Below are positions 51,780 to 64,000 of a stretch of DNA of 64,000 nt, one piece after another. Both the position numbers and the translations under genes were made by a program. Each line of letters opens with the position of its first letter. Positions within the stretch are counted from its first letter, which is position 1. Location: positions 71,528 to 135,527 of the forward strand of contig NW_005434588.1 of NCBI RefSeq assembly GCF_000315625.1, given 5' to 3'. The notes below the pieces were generated by a model that made no database searches, was not told where the DNA came from, and worked only from the letters and a program-made list of their open reading frames with translations. The DNA comes from Guillardia theta CCMP2712. Lineage: Eukaryota; Protista; Cryptophyta.

Positions 51780-54732
51780 CTAAACATACATACGGGAAAA
51801 GCACAGATCTTCAAGCGATTCACAGTCTCTCATCTGAGTATGACTCACCATCACCTGTACCGGGAATACTCTCCATCTGCAAACAGGTCCATGGTCAGGC
51901 TGCGCGATCATCACAGTAGCATACAGCACCTCGATCGCGGAAGCTGCGTTCACGAGGAACCCTGTCAAACTCTCTCCTGGGACCTCTGGGACTGAAGTCT
52001 CTCGGTCTCCCCCCTGCTCTCCGTCAGCACGATGACAAGAACACCATCATCAACACCAACCTGAACTCGGACGTCGATCGGGTCGCCCTCGATCGCTGAA
52101 CGATGCTCCTGAGCCGCGATCATGATCGGGATTGGAGGTCAAGGAAGCTTCTTACGTCTCTCCGATGACATCGCCATGGATTCAACGATGTCGCCGACAG
52201 AAGGTAAGCTCTCAGGGATCATGAACTGAAACGTCCAGATCGTCAACCCACCCTCAAAGCACTCCAAGAGCGGTTTACCTGAACGTCGGGAAACTCAGGA
52301 CTCTTGAACGATCGACCAGCCAGGTCATCGGCGTGAGTAGTGGACGAGCCCTGCGGCAAGACCTCAAGGACTGGGAGGGAGGGTCGAGAGGGACCTCTTC
52401 AGAGGAGTACTCTTCTTCACCGAGAACTTTCATAATCTCCTCCTCACTGATATCGAAGAAATACGCTGGAAAGAAAGTCAACAGGCCAGCAGCATCCGAG
52501 GCAGCTACTCACTGTCCTTCACCTTGACGATCTTCCCGACGGTCCACTGGATTTCGGGGAACGCGGCTTTCAGCATATCGATGAAGCCGCGGACTCCCCG
52601 GAACCGACTGGAGGTCTTTCTGTCCATGTTGACCTGGGGGGTTCAGATCAGTTGGCAAGGACTCGCCTCCTTGTCCAGCCAGCACCTGAAGGGTGACCAT
52701 GCCGATCCTTCCTGAGAGGAGGGAGATCGCAGCGTGATCCCCGCCTTGGAAGCCAGCGAGCAAGGCCAAGGCAGCTGCGACCGTGCGATTCTCGGCCATG
52801 TTCTTGTCTCCCAACTTATCAGCGGCAACCAGAGAGAGCGGAAGAAACTTCTGAACGACGTTCTGTAGAGCAGGCGTCAGTCAGGCTGCAAGGAGAAGGA
52901 GCGCAATCGACCTCCGGCACACTCTGAAGCGAGCTGATTACGTTGCTCAGCTCCGCATCCGGGATGGAAACACTCTTTGGGCAGCCCTGAGCGTGCAGTG
53001 AGCAGGGGAGGACGAGGGCATCGTACCTACCGGGAGGTGAAACTGAATCCCAAGTTCTTCCTCGATCTCCAGCAAGTCTCTCTCCTCGCCGCCGGAGTAG
53101 AAGACAACGCTGACTCCCTTCCTGCCAGCACGTCCTGTACGACCGGAACTGGTGTACCAAGTCAAGACAAGGGAAGAGTCGGGCTAGAGACTGACCGATG
53201 CACGAAGGTGTTGGAGTCTTCCGGAACCTGGAAGCACAGGGTATCAAGTCCTGAGAAGGGGATAGTGTGTACTTACGCAAGTCTGAATGACAAGCTCGAC
53301 TTCGGGGACATCAATGCCACGGGCAGCAACATCGGTAGCCACGAGAATCAAAAACTTGCCGGACCGAAAATCTGAGCATCGGGTTGTGAAAAGGACGCAA
53401 AGACGACAACACGATGATGAGGACAAAACAGTTGAGGACGAGGAGTGTTAACTCACCCTGCAAGGTTCTCTCGCGTTGAAGCTGGCTGACGTCACCGTGG
53501 ATGACTCGAGCCGTTGTCTTGAGGCTGGGATGATTGGCAAGGCGATCAACCTAGAAGACCAAAGTCACGCCCAGCAGGTGTGGGGCGGGGGGGGGGGGGG
53601 GAAGACCTCCAGCTTCGTCCTGCAGAAGACCAGGACTCTCCCTCCCTTTCCGTACTTCTTGACGACCCTTGAGATCGCGTTTGCATGGCTGTCATAGCCG
53701 CAGGCAATCGCGATGTGCTCGATGGTGATGGAAGTCCTGGTGCTGTCATTGCCCACCATGTCGAAGAAGACGACGTCCTTGCAGTACTTCTGCGCGAGAT
53801 CTTTCACCCAGGTGGGCATCGTGGCAGACCAGAGGTTTGTCTGCTTTGATGGAGGAAGGTACTCTATGATCCTCTCCACATCATCCTGGAAACCCATCTT
53901 CAACATCTCATCGGCCTCGTCCAAGATGAAAGTTTCCACAGCGCTGACATCCAGCGTTCCGTTCACCAGGTGATCGATCAGCCTTCCTGGCGTTCCCACC
54001 ACCACATCGACGCCCTTGCGCAGCGCGCTCACTTGCATGCCGATGGAGACCCCTCCGTACACACACGTTGAAGCCACCTCGGGCTGGATCCTGGTGAACT
54101 CGCGGTCGATCTGGATGGCGAGCTCTCGGGTTGGCGCAATGACGAGGCAGGACGGCAGCCTTCCGTGCTTGCGAGTCTTATTCGCAAGGATCTTCTCGAT
54201 GACGGGGAGAGCAAACGCGATGGTCTTGCCTGACCCTGTTCTCGATCGCACCACGACGTCCTTGCCATCCATCAGTGTCTGGAAGGTCTTCACCTGCACG
54301 GGGAACAAGGAGGTGATCCCGCACTCCTTCAGCTTTGCCTTCACTTTCTTCGAGAGGGGAACCTCCTCCAAGTCTGTGTTGGGGTCCGAGGAAATGTCTG
54401 CAACGCACAGTCACTCACCCGATAACATGTCGAACCATGTTGCAACCTTGCGCGACCTTGGGATCCGTCCGATCCTCCTCCTCCTCCATTTCGTCTGCTA
54501 CCCTCCTTGCGGATTGAAGCCCCCTCTTCGCCACGGCTTGAAGGCTCGCGGTGCGGTGAATCGCCTGCAACGAGCCGAAACGACTTGTCTTGCTGTATGT
54601 ACATGAAGAATGAAGCGAGAGCGCGCGCGAACTTTGTCCTGCAACTAGCTTGCGCAGGCTCGACCCACTCACTTGCTTCAACCCTGATATGAGTGGCTGG
54701 ACCCTCCAGCTCCTACTCATCGAAACCTGCAT
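51780..54732 (-). CDS. DEAD-box RNA helicase (DDX21/RH3-like), likely organelle-targeted, with Arg-rich C-terminal tail
   Basis: Q motif [55 protein letters not shown]; Ser/Arg-rich N-terminal extension; both ends approximate. Confidence 0.92.
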
Positions 54733-55433
54733 CGCCCTGGGGGTAACAACATTCAGACCACTTTGACAAACCCTCGCACCCCACACTCCCCTCTGTCCCT
54801 CCTCTCCTCCTCTCCTCCTCCTCTCCTCCTCTCCTCCTCTCCTCTCCCTCCTCCCCCTCTCACCCCCCCCGCCTGCTCCTCCTGCCTCGCCCCCTCTCGT
54901 CCCCTTGCTACGCATCCCTGCATTGTGCCCCACAATCACGTGTCGTATCATCCCCCTCATCTCCACCACCAAGCTACCGAACGCTTGCCCCTCATACCGT
55001 ACAGCCCATCATCACCCTCATAATCGGCCGAGTCCCCAGCAGAACCAACCCTCATCCTCAGACTGATCTGATCGGATGGGAGTTCAATCAGTTGATTGAG
55101 GCTCAGCTGCACATGATACGGCCAGTTCAAGTCCTATCCAACAACTTCCAAAACATATGCCAATGACGGTGATATGTACGAAAGGAAGAAATAGGCAAGG
55201 CGCGAAGTCATCAATCAAGTCTCTTTATTTGATTGCAGGCAAATTTTAAAATGTAGAAGACAAAAGTAAACAAACGACAAGCTACAGTACATGAACCGTG
55301 TGGTTCAAACCTAGACGATCTTCATAGAGCAAGCAAGAGAACATCGTCTTTAAACAGTTAGAAGGGGCAGATCCTTGTCTATCCATCCCTGCTCCCAATC
55401 AGCCAGCAACATACTGGCTGACGTCACGGCCAG

Positions 55434-56378
55434 TCAAGCAGAGATGCAGAAGCATCCGCTGGCCTTCACAGGCAGCGAGCCGTCCGACCGCAGGCGGAGA
55501 ACATCCTTGTCGGAGCAGACCGTATCGATCATCACCTTCCAATGCAGGACATACCTCTTGTGGAAGCCAGGAAAGATAAGCTTCCTTGGGATCCAAGGGA
55601 CCTCCGACAGAAACCTGTCGATCACAGCCTCGCTGCACCAGGGGTCGAGCTTGAGAGCGCCAGGAACCTCAGCAGGGCGCTTCGAAGGAGGGAAAGACTT
55701 GCTGCTTCCCGCATTGTCAAGGAACGCCCCGGCAAAGGATTTCGCTGCCAACCCCTCCGGGCCTGCCTTAGACATGTCCTGCTTGATGATCTTTGCGACC
55801 GCTTTCTTCACCTCTGCCTTGCCGAAGCGCTGGAAGATGCCCGGCCAGACCTGCTCTTCCTCCTCTAGGTGGGTGAACATGTAAGTCTTGAACGCCGCAA
55901 AGACACTTCTGAGCGCTTGGAGCTGCGCCATCACCGCTTCGATCTTGTGCTGGCTGGTGTTGACACCCGTCAGCCCCTGAGCCTCGTTGCAGAGAGCCTC
56001 CGCCTGACGCTGAACTTTGTCCATGAGGTCGAGCAACCCCTTGTGATCATGCTCCTTGCTGCCCCAGACCTGCAGGATGATGGTGTTCTCTCCTTCCTTC
56101 TCCAGCAGCGCCCGGTAGTGAGGACCGATGATGTCCTCCTCCACGTCGTGATGGGCATGAATGGCGGGGAAGTAGAAATCTCTGATCCATGTCCGGAAGT
56201 TCACTGCCTTCCACGGATACTCGACGATGTTCTCCATGTACCTCAGGGCATGCTCGGCACGCAACGCCTCGCGGCGGATGGTCTCGTGCGGGAAGAACCA
56301 GTCGCAGTAGTGCTGCGGGTAATCTCCAGTGGGGTTGGCGGGGATGGAGGTAGCCGTCAAGAATGTTGAGCGAGGCAT
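55434..56378 (-). CDS. Hemerythrin (HHE cation-binding) domain protein, single exon, C-terminal CaaX
   Basis: HETIRRE...HAHHDVEEDII...EHDH...THLEEEEQVWP; ends GCFCISA*. Confidence 0.85.
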   Translation of the reverse strand: MPRSTFLTATSIPANPTGDYPQHYCDWFFPHETIRREALRAEHALRYMENIVEYPWKAVNFRTWIRDFYFPAIHAHHDVEEDIIGPHYRALLEKEGENTIILQVWGSKEHDHKGLLDLMDKVQRQAEALCNEAQGLTGVNTSQHKIEAVMAQLQALRSVFAAFKTYMFTHLEEEEQVWPGIFQRFGKAEVKKAVAKIIKQDMSKAGPEGLAAKSFAGAFLDNAGSSKSFPPSKRPAEVPGALKLDPWCSEAVIDRFLSEVPWIPRKLIFPGFHKRYVLHWKVMIDTVCSDKDVLRLRSDGSLPVKASGCFCISA

Positions 56379-57322
56379 GCCTTGAGAGGAGGAGGAGGTG
56401 CAGGAGGAGGGCAGAAGCGCTGGCAAATATCGACTGGGAGTCGGGCAGGGAGGCGGGGACAGGTAGGAGTAAACCCACCCAACGTACGGGGTACTGAAAT
56501 ATCAGACGCAGGGGTACTGAGAGCAAAATGGATCTGCGGGCGGTAGGGTATTGGGGGTACTTTAACACACCGAAGGAGGGGTGGTAGAGATTGGGGGCTG
56601 CCTGGGCCATTGTTTTAACACCTACTGGAGTAAAGTGAAGGAGCTGTAGGGGTAGGGTAGTCAAGTTTTGGTATCATTTACAAGGTACTACCAGCGAAAC
56701 GACGGGGTAGGGGTGGTGAGTCGTAGTCGCTCATGGGGGTGGGGCGTCGAACCGGCGGACAACGGGTCAGCAGACGCAATTCATAGGTACGACTACCCCT
56801 CGTTAGAGCTGCTACGAAGCGGGTGGGGGTGCTTCAGAGGACGCAAGTGCCAGGCAAAGTGAACAGTTTTACCCCTCAGTCCGAAAGTGAGTCGAGTGAG
56901 GCCAGCGGCTGGTCGTCACGAGCCTTTTGAAGGCTGACCCCCGAGTTTCAGGGTACAAGGACCGGTGGTCACACTCAAATGCTGGAGGGTCCGACTCGGC
57001 CGGCATGATAGGGCCCCGAGTATCCGAACGGCGGTGACTTTTTTGTACCTCAAGCCTGGCCCTCGCCGGTCAGCGGGGCAAGACGGTACGTTACCTGGAG
57101 TCAGCTGTACGCGAGGGATACCAGTCTTATCATCCAATCAAACAGGATCTACTGCGCTGCATGCCATGGCGCGGCCTACCCAATGCCCGTCCAACTCGAA
57201 AGTTCAGGATTGAACGAGTCCGGAAACCAACCCCAACGTTTCACACACTTATATCCGGCCACTGCCAGCACCGGTACGAGCCGCCGCAGTGAGCACCTCC
57301 GGGAGTCAGTGACCGCGCGCCG

Positions 57323-57612
57323 TTTACTCCAAGTTAAGTTAAAAATCAGTACGAGGACAATCAGGAGAGTCGAGGAGGCTTGACCCTGACACAATCATGA
57401 ATCCTGCCAACTGCTGTCCCCCAAACTTAACTGATACCTTCACTTAACAGCGAGCAGGATCATTCCCCCGCGCCATGCCAGCGATGTCGCCGAAGTTACT
57501 TAACCTGTCAGGGTCAAGCCTACTCACTCTCCTTTACTCAAAGTTAACTCCTGACTGTCCATTGAGTAAAGTCCGCGTACTGATTTTTACCTTCAAGGAT
57601 TTTTGAGTGAAA
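57323..57612. repeat. Imperfect long inverted repeat (foldback/MITE-like)
   Basis: AGGCTTGACCCTGACA (57376) vs TGTCAGGGTCAAGCCT (57506); TAAAAATCAGTACG vs CGTACTGATTTTTA (57576); related terminal sequence at 60336-60366. Confidence 0.6.
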
Positions 57613-57840
57613 GACTGCGCTTCAAGGCTTGCCAAGGCCTGGGCCGCCACACAGGGCCGCCCCCCCGGCGGCCACCGAGCTCTGTAAGAGGCACTGTGAC
57701 ACTGACTATGCTGAATGACTGCGGCGGCTCGGCCCACTGCCGAACATCCGAGGCAGGTACTGCCCATCTTGATTTTACTCACAATCGAGTCCATTCACTA
57801 GGGGTGACTATCTACAGCTCTTGGCTAGATCACTGAGTCA

Positions 57841-60056
57841 TCATGAAGCAAAAAAGCCCCAGCTCCCCACCACCTGTTCAAGATGTTGTTCATCAGAGAT
57901 CAAACCAGGTCCTTTCAGTGCCATGACTTCACCGCGATGTTGATGAGAAGAAACGACACAAGCGAGTAAGTCTGAGGTCCAGCGGCTGCTCCAGATGATG
58001 TCGGATAATTGATGGCTTTTACCGTGAAAGAGATGGGTTTCGAAGGGTCGATCTTGGCCACGGTAGGAAGGAATGCAGACGTCGTCGACAACGTGTAGTT
58101 CTGTAAAATCACCCACGTCACCATGCATGATGGGCTTCGGGATTCGGGCTTACTTTGGATCGAAGTGTCTGGATGTTACCTATCGCGATATCTGCCTGCT
58201 CATCTTGCATTATACGAGCACGTGCGAGGGTCAATGACGGTCCACAGACCTGCTGTGACCCGAACGGCTTGAAGCCCAAATCTAAAGTCAGCCCTGACTG
58301 ATCGCTTCCATAGTTGTACTTCACGACCTGAAGTTGGCGTAATAGCACATGATCACGCTCAAGGAAGGTGACCGCACACAGATTGCTCATCTACCTGTCC
58401 CAAATTATAACCGAAAGCATAGTTGATTTCCTGCAACAGCTGCGGTTTGAAGTCAGTGACATCAAGGCTTTGGGTTTCATCTCAATATCTGACTCACGCT
58501 TTGATCGGCTGTAAAGGAGTTGCTCAAGTACCAGCCGTAAGCGAGGTTTGGGATGTAGACTAAGACGTCGATCGAAGGCTCCTGTGTACCTGCCATGAGC
58601 CAGCAGACGTAAGTAGAAGAAACTGCAAGAGACTTTCTTGGAGACTCACATGGGGTTGCGAGGTTTACACCACAATTGCTTGCTGTTAATGAGAAGCTTT
58701 TTAGGACTGATATGAGCGCAGTTGAAGACTGTGAGACTTTGGCGTTCGAAATTCCAGAGGAACAGCATCCAAGGCCTTGCGAGGTCGACGTCATCCAGTC
58801 CTGTGAAACGAAGGGGATTGTGAGGACATGAGATAATCGAAGAAGCGAGTCTTGCATACTTTGCACTCGCTTGAACACTCGAGCATGCCTGGAGTGCAAG
58901 GAATAGAAGAGGAGCTGAGCGCAAGGGGCCAAAATCGGTCGTAGCATTTTTCGGTGCCGCCTGAAAGTGATCTAGGTTATCGTAACAAGGATACCAAATG
59001 TCATTACTTGTAGTGCACAGTGCTGGATATAGAGCGCTCAATGATCTGAAGTTAACTTCTATTACGTTTTGTAAATCCTGATGTTATGTCGATATTCGTT
59101 ATTCTTATCAGTGTCATTCAGCATCATTCTCAATGTTACCAGTAGCATGCATTCATAGCTGCATATTTGTGGTGGGGGCGGTGGTGGAGGCGCCGATGAA
59201 GCTGCAGGTGCACTGGAGCTAGGCTGTGTCACCACTGACATGTCCTTACAGTAACCTCCTTGAGAGTTCCTAACGCACAGCAGGTCTGGGTCCCAAAGAG
59301 ATTCACTGCCCGAAAAAACAGGCCAGAAATTGAGCGAGGCAAACATCAGATTGTACGCCGTCTTGAATTGCCCGTAGCAAGTTGAGGAACAGAACTCCTA
59401 ACACGGAATGAGATTCAGACCTTGATAACCTCCATACGGATAGCACATGCACATCACCCTTCATACGGATAGCACATGCACATCACCCTTCATACGGATA
59501 GCACATGCACATCACCCTTCATACGGATAGCACATGCACATCACCCTTCATACGGATAGCACATGCACATCACCCTTCATACGGATAGCACATGCACATC
59601 ACCCTTCATACGGATAGCACATGCACATCACCCTTCATACGGATAGCACATGCACATCACCCTTCATACGGATAGCACATGCAGATCACCTGATTTGTCA
59701 TCCTGTCCGACCTTGAAATCCAATTGACACTGGCACAGTATTTGTTCCCATCCTTAGTACATAACACTGGAAGTTTCAATTTCAACAGCTTCGATTTTGC
59801 AATTGTTTGACCGCAAGAATTATCCTGAATTGAACTTAACTTTGCCTCTAGCTGTGTGATGCATTCCGCCGTAGCATTGCACGCACTTTCAACTTGATCG
59901 GGCAGCTGACCGTTGTCATTTATCACATTTGATTGCACAGCGGTGCAATCGTTGTAAATGCTCGTGAGCTCGTCACACCATGAGGCTGATTCGACAGTCA
60001 TCAAGGCTGAGAGGAGGAGGAGGAGGAGGGGGAGGAGGTAGCTGCGGGATCCCATG
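57841..60056 (-). CDS. Cys-rich secreted/cell-surface protein, probably GPI- or tail-anchored, multi-exon
   Basis: Signal MGSRSYLLPLLLLLLSALMTVESA; repeated LC-x-x-x-(x)-G-x-YC motifs; C-terminus TSSGAAAGPQTYSLVSFLLINIA-VVGSWGFFAS*. Confidence 0.7.
59433..59689. repeat. 29-bp minisatellite, about 9 copies, intronic
   Basis: Unit ACATCACCCTTCATACGGATAGCACATGC in direct tandem with no spacers. Confidence 0.95.
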
Positions 60057-60103
60057 GCCGCCCCGCTGCTCGACGCGTGCATGCAGGCCTTGTCACCTTT
60101 CAA

Positions 60104-60267
60104 GGTAGGGGTCATACCCCTACCCCCTCCCCTGGCTGTCCCTCATTCACTCCAGTCGAGCCTACGGCTGGTCATTCGGTTTACCGGGGGTAGGGGTCGT
60201 ACCCCTACCCCTTCCTTGGTGGACGGCTGTACCACAGTTGTAAAACTGACGGGTCATAGCCTACCCC
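60104..60267. promoter_or_regulatory. Palindromic GGTAGGGGT-CRT-ACCCCTACC motifs in a divergent promoter
   Basis: Perfect palindromes at 60104-60124 and 60187-60211, degenerate third near 60251. Confidence 0.45.
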
Positions 60268-60497
60268 ACCTCCTCCCCCGGCTGTGGGGTCCCGATGAAG
60301 AGTCATGTAATAGTCTTGTCACTCTAAAATGATTCTTTACTCAAAAGTTAAGTTAAAAATTAGTACTCTGCTGCTGGGGTTGACAAGTTGAGTGCCGGGG
60401 CCTCCGACGATCACAGGCCGGCCCACCGTCACTGAGCCCCGGCCGGGCCCGGCCAGTGGCCCCGGCCCGCCGGACTGTGATCCGGATTTTACTCGCT

Positions 60498-63400
60498 ATG
60501 GCAGTAGCGCTGTGCAGCTTTCTTACCTTGATGGAACCCTCCTTGTGGATGGGGAGGAGGAGCAGCAGCATGCAGGAGCTCCTCCTCCTATCCCTTCACA
60601 AGCAGCGTCCTCCCTTCAGCCTTCGTCGACCCTCTCCTACTGTCTGCTGCGCTAGAAGAGTGTCCGGTCAGAACAAAGGAAGCAAGGAAGGTAGGAGTTG
60701 TGTCTGCCCCATTGGGTCTTCTGGTGGGATTTGAAGATGCTTGCAACAGGAGAGGAGGAGGGCAGGTCGTCGTTCATGGTCGGGCAGCGACTCGAGCTCC
60801 ACGTTGAAAGCCTTGTCATCGGTGGCGGGTATGGGCACACGATGCGGCCGCTCGTGGCAAATCTGATTTTGTTGGGCATGCAGGCAGGAAGCAGGCAGCG
60901 GGCTGGCGAGAGCGGAGGGGAAAGTTGTATTCGTGTCCTCAGGGATACCTGGATCAGTGGTGATGAGGATGTCCTTGATGCAGGACGAGGTATGAGTGAC
61001 TTGGATTGCAGGTGTTGGCGGAGATCACAGCTGTGAAGAAAGACTTCATGAGTGGTGATGGGAGGCTGAATGGGTTGTGATGGTGAAGGAGAGGTGCAGC
61101 GAGAGTGGTTAAGATCCTTCAAGCCTCTCCTCATGCGGAAGAAGTTCGGTGCAGGTTGTTGACTGCTGCTGCTGTTGTGTGGTGTGATGGGGAACTGGTC
61201 AGATACGCAATGAACGCTGGTGGGGAGTGCGGGGGATGCAAATTGCTCGGGGTGAAGTATACGAGAGAGGTTGAGCTTGCAAGCTGTTGGAAAGGAACTG
61301 AGAGGGTGACAGGTAGAGGAGAAGTCAACATATATCAAGAAGCTCTTCAGCTTTCACCAGAAAACCTTCCCCGAGATGGAAATCCGGGAGATCGTCGCGG
61401 CAGAGCAAACAGGTCTTGGCAAGTCAGTCATGTATGTTTGTAACTGATGTGAGCATGTCAGGTGAAGCAAAATGACTTGATCAGTTCTGATGTGTTGGTG
61501 CAGAACATTACAGAAACAGAATGGATTTCTCCATTGCGCACGTGGAGGTGGAGAGGAGTTCAGGCCAGAGCCAAGTGAGGATAGGACTGCATGCTGCAGG
61601 GTCGATGACAAAGGTACGATGAGAGGATGAGAGGTTGGACAGCACATGACAAGAGCTGTCTTGTAGGTTGTGGATGTGGAGAAATGTTTGCTGCCGTCCC
61701 AACTCGCCTTTGACGTCTACACGGCAACACGAAATTGGATCCTGCAGTCAGAGTTTCAAGGATGGAATGCAGAGACAAAGCAAGGTTTTCTCCGGGAATT
61801 TACCATCAGGTTTCATGATCGCAGCATTCAGGACGCAGGAACCATGAACTAATCGTTTGATTGTTATGCAGGAGCGGAACAAGCGCTAAGGATGATGGAA
61901 GGGAGCTTGTGTTTGTGAACATGATAACGTCATTGTCTCTCCCGCAAGCTTTTAAGGAGCTGGCAGCATCATTGCAGGAAATATTTGGTGGTGAGCGATT
62001 GAGTTCAGATTTCCTCTTCATCTCTTTGTCCTTGTCCTTCCCGATCAATTCTTCCACTCCTTGGAGCCTTTACACTCTTGGGAGCTGTTGTTCTCAGAAA
62101 ACTCTTTCATCTCATCTTTGTTGTGCGAACAATTCTCCATTGCTCATTGCCATCTTCCTCTATTGCTACATATCATCTCTTTCACGATTAGTCTTTGCCA
62201 TCTTCTCCTATAACTACTTCTTTGCATCTTCTCAAGTCCTCACGGCCCCTGACTGTTTTGTCAAGAGAGTTTCGGTGGTTTCACAAATAGCGTATGCGAC
62301 AAAAAGCATGAAGTCCCATCTCCCGAGAACTTGGAATCAGTCAAAGAGTAAGTTGCTGCTACCACCCTCGATTGTTGCTACTGTTCTCCTTCCCTTCCTC
62401 TGGTGGTTGTGGTGGTGGTGGTGGTGGTGGTGGTGGTGGTGGTGGTGGTGGTGGTGGTGCTGCTGCTGCTGTGGCTTCTCCTTATTACATAATGTTCACT
62501 TGTGAATATATGGCAGGCTGATCGGGAGCAAGACCGTCAACATGCGCGTGCGAGGACTCGACCTGCAAGTCTCCTCCTCGTCCTTCTTCCAGACCAACAC
62601 AAGACAGGCAGAGGTGAAGAAGGAAGAAGCCGACCAAGAGCAGGGGCAGGGGCAGGGCCAGGGCCAGGGCCAGGGCCAGGGCCAGGGGCAGGGGCAGAGG
62701 GAGATGAGGTGCAGGGGCAGGGTGGAATGAGGTGGAGGAAGAGTAGTGGAAGGCAGAAGGGGCGAGCGGAGGGGGTATGGAGTCTTAGGGGAGGACGAGG
62801 GTGCGTTGAGTTGAATGATTAGGTGTTGTATGAAATCGTTGAGAAACTTTGCGAGGGAGAAGGGGTGAAAGTCATTTACGACCTCTACTGCGGCACCGGA
62901 TCCATTGGGCTCAGGTATCTTGCCTCAATCATCCTCCTCCTCCTCCTGACTATCCGCTCTCTTCCTGGTCCTGGTCCTGGTCCTGGTCCTGGTCCTGGTT
63001 CTCTCCTGGTCCTGGTCCTGGTCCTGGTCCTGGTCCTGGTCCTCTATGTCTTTCCTTCTTTCCCCCCTCTTCCTCCCTTCATTTATGTCTTCGCTCTTGT
63101 TTCTCTGCTGGTTGTCTCGTCGCTGTCATTGCACAATCTGATCATATCTCTGACTTCTTCCTCAGCGTCGCGAAGAATCAGCTGGTGAATGTCTATGGGT
63201 TCGAGATCGTACAAGCAGCTGTGGAGGACGCGAACAAAAACGTGAGAGGAGGAGGCAGGAGAAGGGCAGGGGAGGAGGGAGGCAGGAGGCAGGAGGCAGG
63301 AGGCAGGAGGCAGGAGGCAGGAGGCAGGAGGCAGGAGGCAGGGGGCTGGGGGCAGGGGGCAGGAGCACATCTAACTCGATTGCCAGGCGCGCAGGAACAA

Positions 63401-63763
63401 CATCTCCAACGCGAATTTCTTCTGCGGCAATCTCAACTCGATCCTCAGAAAATATTCGTGAGAAAGGAGGAGGAGGAGGAGGAGGAGGAGAAGGAGGAGG
63501 TGTTGGTGGTGTTTTCCTCTTGACTGAGTCTCGAAGTCACCTGCCTCCACCTGATGTTGTTATCTCCGACCCTCCTCGTGCTGGAATGTAAGTCCCAGTA
63601 ACTCGTCATCATCCTTCTCCTCCATCTCCTCCTCCTCCTCGTCCTCCTCCTCGTCCTCTTTTCTCCTGCTCCTTACTTTCTCCCTCTTGACATCTCTCAG
63701 GTCTGAGGGCTGCGTGAAAGACATCGTGAAGCTTTCGCCCAAGAAGGTGAATAGGAGGAGAAG

Positions 63764-63799
<36 letters not shown>

Positions 63800-64000
63800 A
63801 AGGACAAGGACAAGGACAGGGGAGAACGAGGACGAAGAGGACGAGGAGGAGAAGCAGCAGTGAGAAGGAGCAATTGGGGATGGGGGAACGGGCAGGAGGG
63901 GTTGGAGATGGTGAGGAGGGAGGTTTGATAGGCGAGCAGAATGGAAGATTGAAGGGAAAGATAGGGTTAGGGGAAAAGCAGAGGAGGGAAATGACACGGA
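60498..64000 (+). CDS. rlmD: TrmA/RlmD(RumA)-family RNA m5U methyltransferase with TRAM domain; organelle-type N-terminal extension; 3'-partial
   Basis: VGQRLELHVESLVIGG (TRAM); C...CGGC Fe-S-type motif; RNRMDF; SSSFFQTNTRQAE; IYDLYCGTGSIGL; GFEIVQAAVEDA; PDVVISDPPRAGM. Confidence 0.88.

Noticed and set aside
56460-56880. Telomeric repeats or structured ncRNA
   Set aside because: GGGGTA motifs are dispersed rather than tandem; no recognisable tRNA/rRNA/snRNA signature by eye (an Infernal/Rfam scan would be needed)
59433-59689. CRISPR-like array (29-bp repeats)
   Set aside because: Units are contiguous with no unique spacers, there are no cas genes, and it lies in a eukaryotic intron; it is a minisatellite

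Overview
Gene-dense eukaryotic (algal/protist) nuclear DNA. Most genes are broken by very short (~45-55 nt) GT-AG introns, many longer introns are filled with microsatellites, and there are three assembly gaps. The style resembles a cryptophyte such as Guillardia (inference only). The left end holds an apparently intronless ~8.6 kb Roco gene: three near-identical GC-rich SPRY cassettes, then LRR, Roc GTPase, COR and two TIR domains. It is split by a 1-nt deletion at the end of the third cassette. It is followed by: a Zn-finger/Nudix hydrolase, a TMEM43-like membrane protein, XPG/Rad2 with a C-terminal UIM array, a plastid-type protein, two signal-peptide proteins carrying a ubiquitin-like (L)RLRGG motif, a PLAC8 protein, a GH18 chitinase-like gene, a UBA-like protein, RNF170, an ARM-HECT E3, a DEAD-box helicase plus a decayed tandem relic of it, a hemerythrin ending in a CaaX box, a Cys-rich surface protein with an intronic 29-bp minisatellite, and a TrmA/RlmD methyltransferase running off the right end. 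Intergenic regions contain recurrent GGGGTA/TACCCC palindromes, a TTTGAA cluster and a foldback element. Exon boundaries were read by eye, so multi-exon coordinates are gene spans and some ends are approximate.
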